A stretch of 64,000 nt of DNA, from the NCBI RefSeq assembly GCF_964213995.1, contig NC_135830.1, positions 19,406,001-19,470,000 of the forward strand, read 5' to 3'. Position numbers and translations under genes: made by a program. Below are positions 62,923-64,000 of the stretch, one piece after another. The stretch's first letter is position 1. Each line of letters starts with the position of its first letter. This DNA is from Mustelus asterias. Taxonomy: Eukaryota. The notes under the pieces are model-generated. The model saw nothing but the letters and a program-made list of their open reading frames with translations, was not told the origin of the DNA and did no database searches.

Positions 62923-62953
<31 letters not shown>

Positions 62954-63820
62954 CCCAACTAAAGTATTATACAGCTGCAACATGATTTTCCAATTCCTAT
63001 ACTCAATGCCTCGGCCGATGAAGGCCAGCATGCCATGTGCCTTCTTGACCACCTTGTCCACCTGAGTTGTCACCTTCAGGGAACTGTGCCGAGATCCCTC
63101 AGTATGCTAATATTTTTAAGGGCTCTACTATTTACTGTATACTTTCCTTCTGCAGTAGACCTTCCAAATCGCATCACCTCGCAATAGTGGGGGGGAGAGG
63201 GGGAGGCAAGCAAGTGATGGCAGTGGTAACATTTGGTTGACTATCACAATCACAAATATAAAGCGATTTCAAAGGTTGATGGTTTTCCACAGATCAGGAA
63301 GAGGAGGAATGATTCTTGAGGGAAGGCAAATGCACTGTTAGCATTCATGTCGAGAGGGCTAGAATACAAGAGCAGGGATGTACTTCTGAGGCTGTAAAAG
63401 GCTCTGGTCAGACCCCATTTGGAGTGTTGTGAGCAGTTTTGGGTCCTGTATCTAAGGAAGGGTGTGCTGGCCTTGGAAAGTGTCCAGAGGAGGTTCACAA
63501 GAATGATCCCTGGAATGAAAAGCTTGTATGAGGAATGGTTGAGGACACTGGGTCTGTATTTGTTGGGAGTTTAGAAGGATGAGGGGGTATCTTATTGAAC
63601 TTACAGGAAACTGCGAGGCCTGGATAGAGTGGACATGCAGAGGATGTTTCCACTGGTAGGAAAAGCTAGAACCAGAGGGCACAATCTCAGGCTAAAGGGA
63701 CGATCCTTTAATGCAGAGATGAGGAGGAATTTCTACTGCCAGAGAGTGGTGAATCTGTGGAACTCTTTGCCGCAGAAGGCTGTGGAGGCCAGGTCATTGA
63801 GTGTCTTTAAGACAGAGATA
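62590..63820. mobile_element. CR1-type LINE fragments (minus strand to about 63180, plus strand from about 63320)
   Basis: ORFs 62738 and 63629. Confidence 0.8.
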
Positions 63821-64000
63821 GAATCATAGAATCATAGAAACCCTACAGCACAGAAAGAGGCCATTTGGCCCATCAAGTCTGCACCGGCTGCAATCCCACC
63901 CAGGCCCTACCCCATATCCCTACATATTTACCCACTAATCCCTCTAACCTACGCATCTCAGGACACTAAGGGCAAATTTAGCGTGGCCAATCAACCTAAC

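Overview
Vertebrate DNA, almost certainly from a shark: it carries HE1-type V-SINEs, CR1/HER1 LINEs, Rex/Babar LINE ends and Penelope remnants. The window is part of the germline variable-segment array of a T-cell receptor alpha/delta-type locus. I find 13 recognisable V exons in four families, which I label A-D. Twelve have their own leader exon and all end in a 23-bp-spacer RSS. Seven look functional, one is an open frame with a broken heptamer, and five are pseudogenes. There is also an orphan leader and a fifth, decayed V family (E) that the ORF track does not show. No D, J or C segments were found. The array grew by segmental duplication of a family B + family C pair (five copies, one inverted). 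About 16 CTCF-like motifs sit at fixed positions in the duplicated units. Other notable items are minimal hammerhead-ribozyme motifs in palindromic Penelope mini-elements, and a tRNA-Arg body with an ATG anticodon fused to an HE1 SINE inside one target-site duplication. All calls were made by eye, and repeat boundaries are approximate.
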